From NCBI GenBank assembly GCA_030390025.1, contig CM059433.1:16556001-16620000 (forward strand): a stretch of DNA of 64,000 nucleotides, written 5' to 3'. Below, piece after piece: positions 9,789 to 21,814 of the stretch. This DNA is from Squalus acanthias. Its lineage: Eukaryota. Made by a program: the position numbers and the translations under genes. The first letter of the stretch is position 1, and every line of letters begins with the position of its first letter. Under the pieces are notes generated by a model. That model was given only the letters and a program-made list of their open reading frames with translations, ran no database searches and was not told the DNA's origin.

Positions 9789-12043
9789 GGGCTGGATTTT
9801 ATCAATGGGGGCACGTTGGGGGTGGGACTGCCGGTTGTCGGGTTTCAGTCCCGCCCCCAACGACGTCCGGCAAACCCACACTATTTTCCCTTGATTGACC
9901 TTGTTAAGCCGGCCAATTAAGGGAAAGCCGGTGACAGAGGACGTCAGCGTATGATGGTTCATCTGTCAAAAATTTTTGACAGATGAATTACATAGAAACA
10001 TAGAAAATAGGTACAGGAGTAGACCATTCGGTCCTTCGAGCCTGCACCGCCATTCAATGCGTTCATGGCTGAACATGCTACCTCAGTACCCCATTCCTGC
10101 TTTCTCGCCATACCCCTTGATCTCCTTAGTTGTGAGTGTTATATCTAACTCCCTTTTGAATATATTTAGCGAACTGGCCTCAACAACCTTCTGTGGAAGA
10201 GAATTCCATAGATTCACCACTCTCTGGGTGAAGAAGTTCCTCCTCAGCTCAGTCCTAAATGGCTTCCCCTTAATCCTTAGACTGTGACCCCTGGTTCTAG
10301 TTTTCCCTACCATTGGGAACATTCTGCCCGCATCTAATTTGTCTAAACCAGTCAGGATTTTAAATGTCTCTATAAGATCCCCCCTCATTCTTCTGAACTC
10401 CAGAGGATACAAGTTCAGTTGACCCAATCTTTCTTGATATGTCAGTCCGGCCATCCCAGGAATCAATCTAGTGAACCTTCGCTGCACTCCCTCAATAGCA
10501 AGAATGTCCTTCCTTAAGTTAGGAGACCAAAACTGCGCACAATACTCCAGGTGTGGCCTCACCAAGGCCCTGTACAACTGTAGCATCACCTCCCTACTCC
10601 TGTACTCAAATCCCCTTGCTATGAAGGCCATCATTCCGTTTGCTTTCTTGACTGCCTGCTGCACTTGCATTCCCACCTTCAGTGACTGATGTACCATGAC
10701 GCCCAGGTCTCGTTGCACGTCCCCTTTCCCTAATCTGCCACCATTCAGGTAATAGTCCGCCTCTCTATTTTTACCACCAAAGTGGATAACCTCACATTTA
10801 TCCACATTGTACTTCATCTGCCATACATTTGCCCATTCACCCAATCTGTCCAAGTCACTCTGTAGCCTCCTAGCATCCTCCTCATTGTTCACACTGCCTC
10901 CCAATTTAGTGTCATCCGCAAATTTGGAGATATTACATTTAATCCCTTCGTCCAAATCATTAATATATAATGTAAACAGCTGGGGTCCCAGCACCGAACC
11001 CTGCGGTACCCCGCTGGTCACTGCCTGCCATTCTGAAAAGTACCCATTTACTCCTACTCTTTGTTTCCTGTGTGCCAACCAGTTCTCAATCCACGTCAAC
11101 ACATTACCCCCAATCCCATGTGCTTTAACTTTGCTCACCAATCTCTTGTGTGGGACCTTGTCGAAGGCCTTCTGAAAGTCCAAATACACCACATCTACTG
11201 GTTCCCCCCCTGTCCACCCTATTGGAAACATCCTCAAAAAATTCCAGAAGATTTGTCAAGCATGATTTCCCTTTCACAAATCCATGCTGACTTGGACCTA
11301 TCATGTCGCCACTTTCCAAATGGTCTGTTATGACATCTTTAATAATTGCTTCCATCATTTTACCCACGACCGATGTCAGGCTGACCGGTCTATAATTCCC
11401 TGCTTTCTCCCTCCCTCCTTTCAGCATTTGACAGCTTTGAGAAGCTGTCAAACACTGACAATCTCTGTTCTAAGGTAAGCCCTTGGACTGAAGACTCACC
11501 AAACCTCCCTCCTTAGCAGAAAGCAGATGGCTACTGCATCTGAGAATGCAGCAGCCATTCTGTCATCTCTGCTGTTGAGATGAGGCACCTCCGGATCCCC
11601 AAGGGTTGAAGCCTGCAGGAAGAAGCAAAGGTAAGGAAACTTTTTCTAACACTTTACACTCACCTCTCATACTTACCTCTCCACACTTGCACCCATCACT
11701 CACCTCCACAGATCCCTCTCACCCCCGCAGACCCACTGCTCGCCTCGCTGGCCCTGGCGAGGTTCACAGCCGTCGGGAAGCCCGCACTTGTGTGGGTAAT
11801 ATGGGGATAAGCCTCTTAACTGCCTGTTAACTACCTGTTAACTACCTGTTAACAGGCAGTTAATTGGCTGTAATCCCCTTCCCACCTCGAGGAGACAGGT
11901 CCCTGTGCGAGTCGGGGACCCGCCTCCCAGGAAGATGGCACGGAGGCGGGTTGGGAGCGGGGTTGGTACCCGCTCCCAGTTTCTGCCATTTTCCCAGCAG
12001 TCCCGCCTCCATATTCGCCTCCCCAGGGCTGGCAAAATTCCCC
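9789..12043 (-). mobile_element. Second copy of the 1619-2393 Harbinger-type element, split by a CR1
   Basis: 9789-9989 and ~11419-12043 are reverse-complement homologous to the two parts of 1619-2393; termini GGGCTGGATTTT / AAAATTCCCC. Confidence 0.78.
9991..11418 (-). mobile_element. Young 5'-truncated CR1 LINE with a nearly intact RT domain (one frameshift near 11204-11210)
   Basis: NYRPVSLTS..QHGF..; LDFQKAFDKV, SGVPQGSVLGP, KFADDTKL; open to the stop at 10083; TTCTATG-type tail at 9991-10007. Confidence 0.95.
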
Positions 12044-13973
12044 TCTTGTTTCTGAAGTACATGCCCGAATTCAAGAGTTGACATTCAGATCCCATACCCA
12101 TTTCTGGCAATGCACTAATTACCCTCCAGCTCATCCTCACTAAACTACCGTCCCACTCCGGGAACTGGTGAGTAAATCTCTCACTCCCCAGCAAACCAAA
12201 GTTTCCATCTTCCCTGTAGACCTGGCGCTCCCACAATATAACCAAACATGGAGGCATTGACACCTCCCCAATGCTACTCTGGGAAGCCCCCAAAGTAGTC
12301 CTTCTGGGCAGGTCATCACAAACCCAGAAAGACTTGGAGAAAAGAATAGTGGTGCTAGAAGCTTGACAGAAAAGGCACCAATCAGAAAGCAAAGAGCAGC
12401 CCTGAGAAGGCCAGAGGTAAGCTCAACAGTCTGTTATCAGCAGGAGCAGCACAGCGCCTCTGACATCAAGGCAAAATATAAAGAATAAATGGAAAAACCA
12501 GGGATGTCCTTATCATACACCCTTCAACAAGAAGCATTGAACTGTGGCATCAATTAGGAATGCAGAAGGCAAGGTGATCTCAGACCCAAGTGAGAACAAC
12601 AAGGAGTTTGTGGACTTCCATACTTCACTGTACTTCAGAGTCTCAGGCCACTCCTCCACCATTTTGCCGATTTCCGCCTCTCTTAACTTTTTTTGGAGTC
12701 ACTGTATGCCCCAGCATCAGCTAAGGAGATCCAAGTGGCAATACAAAACTTCGAGTTCAGGAAAGCCCCTGGACCCAATGGCTACCCAGCCAAGTTCTAC
12801 AAGGCTCTGCTTCCTGAATTAGCAGTTCTCTTTGCTCAAACTCTTTCACGGTGTTGAAGAGGTAGACATCCTCCCAGGCATTTTCAAGGCAGCTACAATG
12901 ACAGTAATCATAAAGAACCCATCCTCTCTTCATCTTATAGACCCATATCCCCACTAAACCATGATTAGAAAATAAAAAGAGAAAATGCCGGAAATATTCA
13001 GCGAGTCAGGCAGTGTCTGTGGAGAGAGAAACAGATTTTTTGGAGGGGAATTTCTCAGGGGGTCAGGTTGGAGGCGGATTGGGGTCGGGATTTACATTTG
13101 CACAACTTTCACTTCCCCCCATGCCTCCAACCCACCTGTTCTTACCTCTGAGAATTCTGGCCCAAGAATTGAACAGTAAAGGAATTCCAGAATTAGGAAT
13201 ACCTATACTGCGTGTGCTTAGATGAACATACTGTGCAATTGGCAAGTCTTTTGTACTCTAAGCTGTTTCTATACTTTCAGTCTATGGGACATTGGAAATA
13301 GACTGATAAGTTAAAGCTGGAATGGTGCAGGGAGGAAATGATGTACTATTGTGTATTATTGTTGAACTATTTTCCTGACAATCAAGGGTGAAAAGAATAT
13401 TTGGAACATGGACAGATTAAAGCTTTCCTTAAGGGGGTATTAAATCAAAAATCAATGGCCTTGTCATTCTGGAATGTTGGGCACTCAGTGTTTCTGAATT
13501 GCAAACATGGGCAAAAAGCGTTTTTATTTGAACTTTTACTGCCCTTTAATTTGGAGTTGGTCGCTGTTAGGAGAGGGCATTAGGACAATCGCTAGCCAGC
13601 AAAGTGCAGTGCGGCCTCTTTAATGAGCGCTAGCAGGCATTTTAAGCAGTAATCAGCCCCTTAACGAGCCTCCGGGACGCCGCTCCTAGTGCAGGCTTCA
13701 ACTCTTTTACCAAGATGGCGCCTTGCGCTAAACGCAGGCGAAACCGGCCTTTCAGATCAAGACCCCCACACCGGCCTCCTCGGAGGCTCTTTAGTGCCTG
13801 AACACGCTGCCGAAAATCATCCCATATCGGTTTTATCAATTATGCATTCAACCTTCTTGGACGCCTGTAATTTGAGAAAATGTTCTGTAACTGTATAGAA
13901 AGCAACTTCATCTTTGAGCCTTCAGCTAAGGTGTCAGCTGAGTGAGTGTTTACAGAATCATAGAATGATACAG

Positions 13974-14208
13974 CACAGAAGGAGGCTATTCGACCAGCTA
14001 TCCAATTAGTCCCACTCCCCTGATCTTTCCCCATAGCCCTGCAATTTAATCCCCTTCAAGTATTTATCCAATTCTCTTTTGAAAGTTATTATTGAATCTG
14101 CTTCCACCAAGCTTTCTTGCAGTGCATTCCAGATCATAACAATTCGCTGTGTAAAAAAAAAAAATTCTCATGTCGCCTCTGGTTCTTATGCCAATTACCT
14201 TAAATCTA
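13974..14208 (-). mobile_element. CR1 3' end fragment
   Basis: Reverse complement of the CR1 3' UTR seen at ~1370-1612, with tail repeats just upstream. Confidence 0.75.
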
Positions 14209-14924
14209 GATGAAAATGAGCCATGAAAGACAAATCATAGGTGAAGGATATAGTGTTTCATTGTGTACAGATTAAGGAAGGGAGTGTTCATTGAAAATAT
14301 GTGCTTAATGTAACTCCGATGTACCTGTATTACTTGGAAAGAACATTGGACACAATAGTATGTATTAAGCTGCATGAATTTGCAGCTCCCAATTGTATTA
14401 AATTGTTCATCAGAATTGGAAAATGTTATAAATCAACAAGGAACCTGACTTCTATTGCAATATCAGTAAATTATTAAAACCTTAAATTAATAAACTCCCC
14501 ACCTCACCAATTGTTTTGTAGAATACTTAGCCCTGTAATTAAAAAAACCCCAAAGGAATAAATAGGCTGTCATAGATCAAAATGTGCGACACACACAAAG
14601 CAGGTTACCTCACGTTTGGATCAACTCCTACTCTTTAATGAAACAGAGCCATTAAATATTAATATCATGATGATATTGTCAGTGCTGGAGATTTAGATAC
14701 TTGGAACACTTTCTCACCTTTATCATCCAGTATCAGCATTGAGCGCTTCAAATCTAGGTTGCAGCAAGAGCCACACTCAGAGCCAAACTCCTCTACTGGT
14801 CCTTACAATGGACCTTAATCCTGTCGGAAGGGCACCCACTTCAATACCACTGCTCTTTTTTTCGTCAAATGTTATTTCCTTTCTCCCCTGCTCTTGAAAG
14901 TGCTGAGATACCATTCCATGAGTG

Positions 14925-15205
14925 CTGGTTACTCAAGTGGCCGCTCTTCATATGTGTACTTTGGCAGTGAGTGTCGGTAGGCTATTCCAACGTGGGTGGC
15001 ACAGCAACTGAGCCCAGTTCCATCCTGTCCTATATTATGCACACGTGCACTGTCTGGAAAGAGGCGCTGGATAATGATCAGGACTGGGAGCTCTGGCTGA
15101 ACTTTCCTCTCACTAGCACAGGGGCATTGAGGCCAATGGTATCGCCCCTATCGCTGCCCCAGATGAGATGAGCTAACACAAACACTGGGGATTGAATCTC
15201 TGACC
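14925..15205 (-). mobile_element. Degenerate LF-SINE-like element
   Basis: Reverse-complement similarity to 29778-30110 and 48885-49290; the family name is assigned from memory of the consensus. Confidence 0.5.
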
Positions 15206-15682
15206 TCTTGTACATAGGGTTTATTATTAAACCTTTACCCGTTGGTCCATCAGGTAGTTTATTTCCCCCAGTTCTTACAGTAGCCATCCTTATAGCTGGT
15301 AAGTGAGTTTGCCATTTAGTGCCAATTTCTGCCATTTCTTGTTGAAAACTGGCTGGTTATTTACAGGGTATTGCAGAGAAACATTTTTCTCCTCCTACAT
15401 TACAACAGTGACTTCACTTCAAAAGTATTTCATTGGCTGTAAAGCGCTTTGGGACGTCCTGAGGTCAGGAAAGGTGCTATAGAAATGCAAGTTCTTGTTT
15501 TATTTCTCTAAGTTCTTTCTGAAGATTTCAGAAGTCTCACGCTTGTCATTGCCAATGTGAGTGGTGGCATAGTAACTGGGAGCAAGGAATGACTGGTGGT
15601 GACAGTGCTGCCCCAGACGGCTGTGGCTCCTGAAGTCCCATGAGAAACAGAACATCGAGGATAACGCTGATACTAGACTGGG

Positions 15683-15860
15683 AAATGCTGGAACTGTACC
15701 AACTGTCGGTCAGCACCTGAAAGAGAAAGGTAACTTTGCATTTCAGGTGAGAAAGCAGGGCTGATGAAAGCAGCCACCTGAAACGTGAACTTAGCCTTTC
15801 TCTTTCAGATGCTGAGTGACCTGCTGTGCAATTCCAGCATTTTTAGATTTCCAGCATTCG
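15683..15860 (+). mobile_element. Degenerate palindromic PLE (family B) retaining a hammerhead-like core
   Basis: Imperfect inverted arms; CTGATGA..GAAACGT at ~15761-15787; GATTTCCAGCAT tail as in 19186-19355. Confidence 0.55.
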
Positions 15861-16324
15861 TCTCTCTCTCTCTTTCTTGGGATAATTTTGGGAGGTTTTG
15901 CACTTCTGGCATTAAGCCTCACCTGTCAGGACCACATCAGAGAATACAGGCATGTGCCCCTCCCATGATTTTCCAACCATTAATTCTAATGCATGTAACA
16001 TCAATGGGGTGTGTGCCCTGATTCCTGACATGTGCTCTTGATGGGCGAAATTCTGCACTAGGAGAACAAACTCATAGAACTCACCCCTCTATCCATCTCT
16101 AGCTCTAGGATAAATGTTTTCTTTGTACTGGACATCTTTGTACCTTCATGAAGAGGACTTAAATTCTAATAATAACACCTTGAAGTGGCCAGTGTTGTGA
16201 TTTCCCTGCTGTTGATATCATGCACAAACACAAATGTATCTGATTTGAATCCATACTGAAGCAAAGTTATTATTTTGCTATTGAGTGCTGGACAGAGCAC
16301 TTTTTGTATTTAATATGTTAAAAA

Positions 16325-16490
16325 TCCTGGAACTTCCTCCCTAACAGCACTGTGGGAATACCTTCACCACACGGACTGCGGCGGTTCAAGAAGGCGGCTC
16401 ACCTCCACCTTCTCAAGGGCAATTAGGGATGGGCAATAAATGCTGGCCTTGCCAGCGACGTCCACAACCAATATACGAATAAAAAAAAAA
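16325..16490 (+). mobile_element. 3' tail of the LINE/SINE pair (8101-8822 and 4988-5489)
   Basis: AACAGCACTGTGGG..GGGATGGGCAATAAATGCTGGCCTTGCCAGCGACG followed by poly(A). Confidence 0.8.
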
Positions 16491-17303
16491 TATAGTTTGT
16501 AACGAGCATGAGAAGCACTTTTGTCTGTTGAATTAATTTTTTTAGACGGATTAAAGGGGCAATCGAAACTTCCAGAAGATCATTCCTCTGGGAACCTACA
16601 TTATTTTTTAAATTGACAAATAAATTGTTTAAAAAAGAACATGTTCTTGATAGATAAAAGCACCTTTTCAGAAGAGCCCCAATGGTCATTTAACAATAAC
16701 CACACGTTGCACCCAGTTGAACGTGCCTGTGGATATTCCTCGGACAATTTTATTCTGGCACAGAACAGAGGAAGGAGGCTTAGATATACATCTGCATCAT
16801 TGGCCTGCCTTGATTGTGCCTGGTTTATGCCCTGACCCATAGTGCTAACTCCTAGCACTTGTAGTAGGTATGGGAGAGGGCGAGGATTTCATCAGAGGTG
16901 CAAGAAAGCTCAGGACATGGAAAATGGGACCCAGTAATATTTTTTAAAGAAATACGGTACTGTGGCGGATCGCCACCTAAACGGGCATTATCCACTCTTC
17001 CGTCTGTGGACAATATAATCGAGCACCTTCCCTTTAAGGCACCTTACCTTTAAGGCAGGAGTGGGCGGGGCCTCAGGATTTTTCCAGAGAATTCTGGGAG
17101 CAGTCTGTTCAGCCATTTTGTACCATGCAGTTGTATTAAAGAAGTCTCTTGTTTTCCACACATGGATTCAGCCTTAATTCGTGTTTATATCTGTATATTT
17201 TATGAGGTTAATAAGGAGACATGGATGCTGTGTAGATTTAATTTTGTTAGGCTTGCCGATTACTTAGCTTTTATTATACAAATAGTGTTTTTAAATTAAT
17301 AAG

Positions 17304-17600
17304 AACACAGGAACAGGATTAGGCCATTCAGCCCCTCGAGTCTGGTCCGCCATTCAATTAGATCATGGCTGATCTCTACCTTAACTCCACTTACCCGCCT
17401 TGGTTCCGTATCCCTTAATACACTTGCCTAACAAAAATCTATCAATCTCAATTTTGAAATTTTCTATTGACCTAACCTCAACAACTTTTTGGGGGAGAGA
17501 GTTTCAGATTTCCACTACCCTTTGTGTGAAGAAGTGCTTCCTGACCCCTGAACTGCCTAGCTCTAATTTTAAGATTATGCCCCCTTGTTCTGGACTCCTC
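17304..17600 (-). mobile_element. CR1 3' end fragment
   Basis: Minus-strand ESRTRGHNLKIRAR and 3' UTR. Confidence 0.8.
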
Positions 17601-19185
17601 TACTAGTATAAATATTAATATTAATATGAAAAGTGTGTAATTTTTGTAGCTAATACATTTCTCTTTTGAATAAAATAGGATAATATTTTTTCCATACCTG
17701 ATCACTACAATTATTATCTTCAGTCATCTTAAGAACTTTCCTAACTTAGGTCTTAAAATGTCTCGCATACCTGCATTTCACTGCTACCTGTAATCATATT
17801 CAGGATTACAGTAACGTTGCTTCATGTCTAGACAATAGCTTCATTTATGTGGTTGCTGCAGGTGCAATTGGAGCTCTCCTTACCTAGCAGCATACTTGAA
17901 AAGTTATGGTTTAGTTGCTGTGTCTGCATAGAAGATTTTTGTCTTGAGAGAACTGAGGGGTGAAGGCACTGTGCAAAAATTTCTTTTCAACCTCCCCAGT
18001 CTGTAACTAGAAACAAAAATGTGGGGTTTTTTTTTAAAACCTCTGATGCTTTCTGTTTGTTCAAACTATTATTATTTTCACGGGCTGGTTGGAATTTGCA
18101 GATCATTGAGTTGAGCTGGTCTTGGAATCTGTTTTGTCTATTATTTCGACTTTGATTGCTTCAGTTTTCGGCAAGACATTATGCAGTATAGGGGACATGT
18201 GGTGCAGAACCTAGCTCATTCCGACCAATGAGAAATACCTACTAACTCCTGAGTTTAACTAAACCATGGAAAATTCTGGGGGGTTGGCGGGGGTAGGGCG
18301 AATGCTAACCTCTGCACCCAAACTGCCGATGTGTGCTCCTAGCAGGCGAAACTCCACACCTGGAGCACAAATTTGTAAAATAACCCTCTACATTTACCCC
18401 TGGTAGCTCAGTGCATTAATCCAGTGAGTAGCTGGATCAAGACAGCCACAAGTTCAAACTCTGTTCTGTGCAGTCTGAGTTGATCTTAGCTGGAGCAACA
18501 GCGGGGACCTTGCAGTTGGCCTCTTGGTTGGCGAAGGGATGAAAGTCAACGAATCATTCACTTCTGCAGAAACTGCTTCCCTGTGGTCATCAGATGAGGG
18601 CAGGATCCGGCTCGGCTGTGATGATCCCTTGTCATGATCAAGTCCTCTGTCGATTTTAAGGAGACCCTTAAAAGGAGGAGTGGGAAGTGGAGAGGCAGAT
18701 GGGGTTTAAGGAATTCCAGAGCGTGGCGTTTAGGCGGCTGAACGCACAACCATCCGTGGTGGACAAAGCAGGGATACAGAAGATGCTGGAGTCAGAGGAA
18801 TGGAGAGTGCGGAGGTGGCGGGGCAGGGAGGGGGAAAGTTATAGGGTTGTAGAAGATAATAAAATGTTTTAATTAAGTCCATACTATTGACTATTCTTAG
18901 TGAACATAAAACTGCTTTTTTTTGGCCTGCCTGAGTGGGCTGAGGTAACCAGGGAACAAGGCTGGGTCCATTTCTGACAGCAAGGTCCTTTTTATATTTA
19001 TGTTGACATCATGAGCTAGGCTACCTCCAGAGATACGTGTGGAAACCATCCCTTCCAGGGGATCTCCGACCCCCTAGAGGAAGGAAAGAAAGAAAAAATG
19101 AAAGAAAGACTTGCATTTATATTGCGCTTTTCATGACCTCAGGACGTCCCAAAGCACTTTACAGCCAATGAAGTACTTTTGAAGT

Positions 19186-19355
19186 AACAACAGAAAACGC
19201 TGGAAAAACTCAGCAGGCCAGGCAGCATCCGTGGAGAGAGAAACAGTGTTAACGTTAACTCTGTTTCTCTCTCCACAGATGCTGCCTGGCCTGCTGAGTT
19301 TTTCCAGCGTTTTCTGTTGTTATTTCGGATTTCCAGCATCCGCAGTATTTTGTTA
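19186..19355 (+). mobile_element. Palindromic PLE-type mini-insertion, family B, inside a SINE tail
   Basis: 15-bp TSD AAGTACTTTTGAAGT (19171-19185, 19356-19370); spacerless 68-bp arms 19186-19321 centred at 19253/19254; 34-nt unpaired tail. Confidence 0.75.
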
Positions 19356-19578
19356 AAGTACTTTTGAAGTGTAGTCACTGTTGTAATGTAGGAAACATGG
19401 CAGCCAATTTTACGCTTCAGCAAGCTCCCACAATGTCACCTCTTTACTGCACTGCTACTGAAGGCATTAATTCCTTGTTATATTTGTTGAAACACACAAC
19501 AGTAATGCACATAGGAGCTTGTCTGCTCCACGAGTAGAAAGAGGCTTGAAAATATGTAACCCTGGCATAATCTTGTAG

Positions 19579-19790
19579 TCATGATGCGGAGATGCCGGTG
19601 TTGGACTGGGGTGGACAAAATTGAGAGGTCGCACAACACCAGGTTATAGTCCAACAGTTTTATTTGAAATCACAAGCTTTCGGAGCTATCGATCGCCCCT
19701 TCCTCAGGTGAAGGGGCGATCGATAGCTCCGAAAGCTTGTGATTTCAAATAAAACTGTTGGACTATAACCTGGTGTTGTGCGACCTCTCA
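19579..19790 (-). mobile_element. Palindromic PLE insertion, family A, minus orientation, with hammerhead core
   Basis: 12-bp TSD ATAATCTTGTAG (19567-19578, 19791-19802); arms span 19621-19791; minus-strand TCAC-CTGAGGA..GAAAGCTT-GTGA at ~19670-19711. Confidence 0.82.
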
Positions 19791-19899
19791 ATAATCTTGT
19801 AGCACTGTTTGTTTTGCTATTAGTCCTAATTATGTTGGTAAACATTAGTCTTGTGAGCTGTGCTTTGGATAATCTAGTTAGGAAACCCGTTTAATCTTT

Positions 19900-19954
19900 G
19901 ATGCGGAGATGCCGGTGTTGGACTGGGGTGGACTTGGTGTTGTGCGACTTCTCA
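19900..19954 (-). mobile_element. Collapsed family A PLE (tail plus the outer tip of one arm)
   Basis: 12-bp TSD CGTTTAATCTTT (19888-19899, 19955-19966); both outer ends are retained and the hairpin is absent. Confidence 0.75.
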
Positions 19955-21814
19955 CGTTTAATCTTTAGCTGGGAACCTGTTCACTTTGATCTGAGCAGCA
20001 CAGCGGGAAACACTCACAGAAGTGCTAGAAACCTGATATTTACTGACTCTGAACTCTCGCCAGATGATATTACTTCTTTCAGTGTTATTTTCCCATTTGT
20101 CACGAAGGTCTTTCTGTCATTTTCTGCCAGTCATAGGAAGTAGCATGCAACATGGAAAAAAACCTGGGATGGTACCAAAAATCAATAATAGATCGTAGGG
20201 ACCTCAGTTGATTCACAGTCGGCATGTGTTAAATTAATCATTAACGTGTAATGTTAGCACTTTTACCAAATTACAGCTCTCAGACATCAGCGGCTAAGGT
20301 GTGTTTATCACTTCCAACAAGGCTCCATAATGTATCATAATCATATTCATCCCTAACAGCAGTCTCCCCATATGGAGTCACATAATGGCTTCTGATGCAG
20401 GGCTCAGAGAGACACGGGGGGGAGAAATGCATCTTGTGCCCAGAACGGGCAAGACATCAGCGAGCGACCGCTGCCGGCCTGAGCCGAATTCGGCTTCAGG
20501 CCTCGGTTAAATGCCGCTGGCGAGTTGTGAGCGCCAAACAGGCTCCCCGCTGCAGCTCGTCGGTCGAGAAGGGCGGAAAAATCGGCAGCACCGCTGGTTG
20601 GGCCACTCAAGACCTGGTACAACCAATGGGAGCGTGCATGGTGCAAGCTCCGCCCATTTGTACCTTAATTTTGCTTTCGGGGTCCTACAACCCAATTTGC
20701 ATATTTAAAGAGCCTGGCGCCTTTTTCGGCCCAGTGCCCTGGACAACTGAAAGCCATGTGAGCCAATGTGGCTTCTGGTGCACCAGATCGGGCAGATTGC
20801 AATGTAAAATTCAGGGGCCTAACCGGTTAAAAAACGGGCAGCCATAAGTTGAATTTCTTCCCCACAGGAGCTCAGAGGTTACAGCATAGGCAGAGATGTC
20901 CATTATTGGCAGTGTGTGGATTAATGATCACTTCATGGCAAACGCAGCACAGTATAGACAGACAGAAAATGCCTAGTAGGGTTGCCACCAGGCTGGCTAT
21001 GGACCAGACAGCATTTAAGCAAGCCATCTCGAAATGTCTAAAATGTAGGCACTAAAAATCCAATTTGTTTCACCTCTTATTTGTGTCTCGTGATGTGCAA
21101 ATAACAGTTACTAAAGTTTTCTGAGAATGTTAAATAACGGCAAGGCAAACATCTGAACTGAAGCCGTCCCATCCCTTACTCTGCCCCCGGTTTGGTTTTG
21201 GACTAGTCTATAGATGTGGGTCCGAAATTGCAGTGACCTAGTTCAGAGAGTAATGATACTGGTAAAGTCTGAGGTTATCACTTGTTCATTTTTGGATGGG
21301 GTAGTTCAGTTTTTCAGAGGGATGCCTGGAACATTTTTCAAGGTATATTGTAACTTCTGTTTTTATTAAATAATAACTGTGCATTCTGTATTTTATGATG
21401 GGGCGGGATTAAATTTTATTGCATGTTATTAGGGCTTCAATTAATTTTTATCAGCAGTGGAACAACCATCAGGACTGATCCTAGTCCCTGCTCTATTCCT
21501 ATTCCCTGCCTGGTCCTACTGTTCTAGGTTTGTCATTCTTGGGTCATGTTGGCGTGAGAAGTCAACATTTCAGGTGCTTAAATGGAAAACAGAAGATATT
21601 TCTATTAACGTGACACAATAAGAAGCATAATGAGATAAATTAAGGATACACAGAATGATCCCTTACCAATATAGCAAGAGAGCAGTGGTCAGGTTGCTGG
21701 GGTCAGGGTAAGGGACTATCTGGATCAAGGAGCAGAATGAAATGTTATAAATAAAATACATCTGTGTTTTGTCCGCGGATTATCAAGAAAACAATAAATG
21801 AAACACAACAGGAA

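Larger units (their letters stand above)
9736..12960 (+). pseudogene. Ancient L1/Tx1-type ORF2 relic (endonuclease end to RT start), interrupted by nested insertions at 9789-12043
   Basis: EYTFSSNPHKTYPRTDY at 9736-9786 rejoins ILVSE after 12043; then LLWEAPKVVL, SIRNAEGKVISDP, KAPGPNGYPAKFYK (~12762) and YRPIS (~12937), in the expected order. Confidence 0.75.

Noticed and set aside
16960..17190. Possible old short solo LTR (TG start, GC box, ATTAAA)
   Set aside because: No CA end or TSD could be identified.
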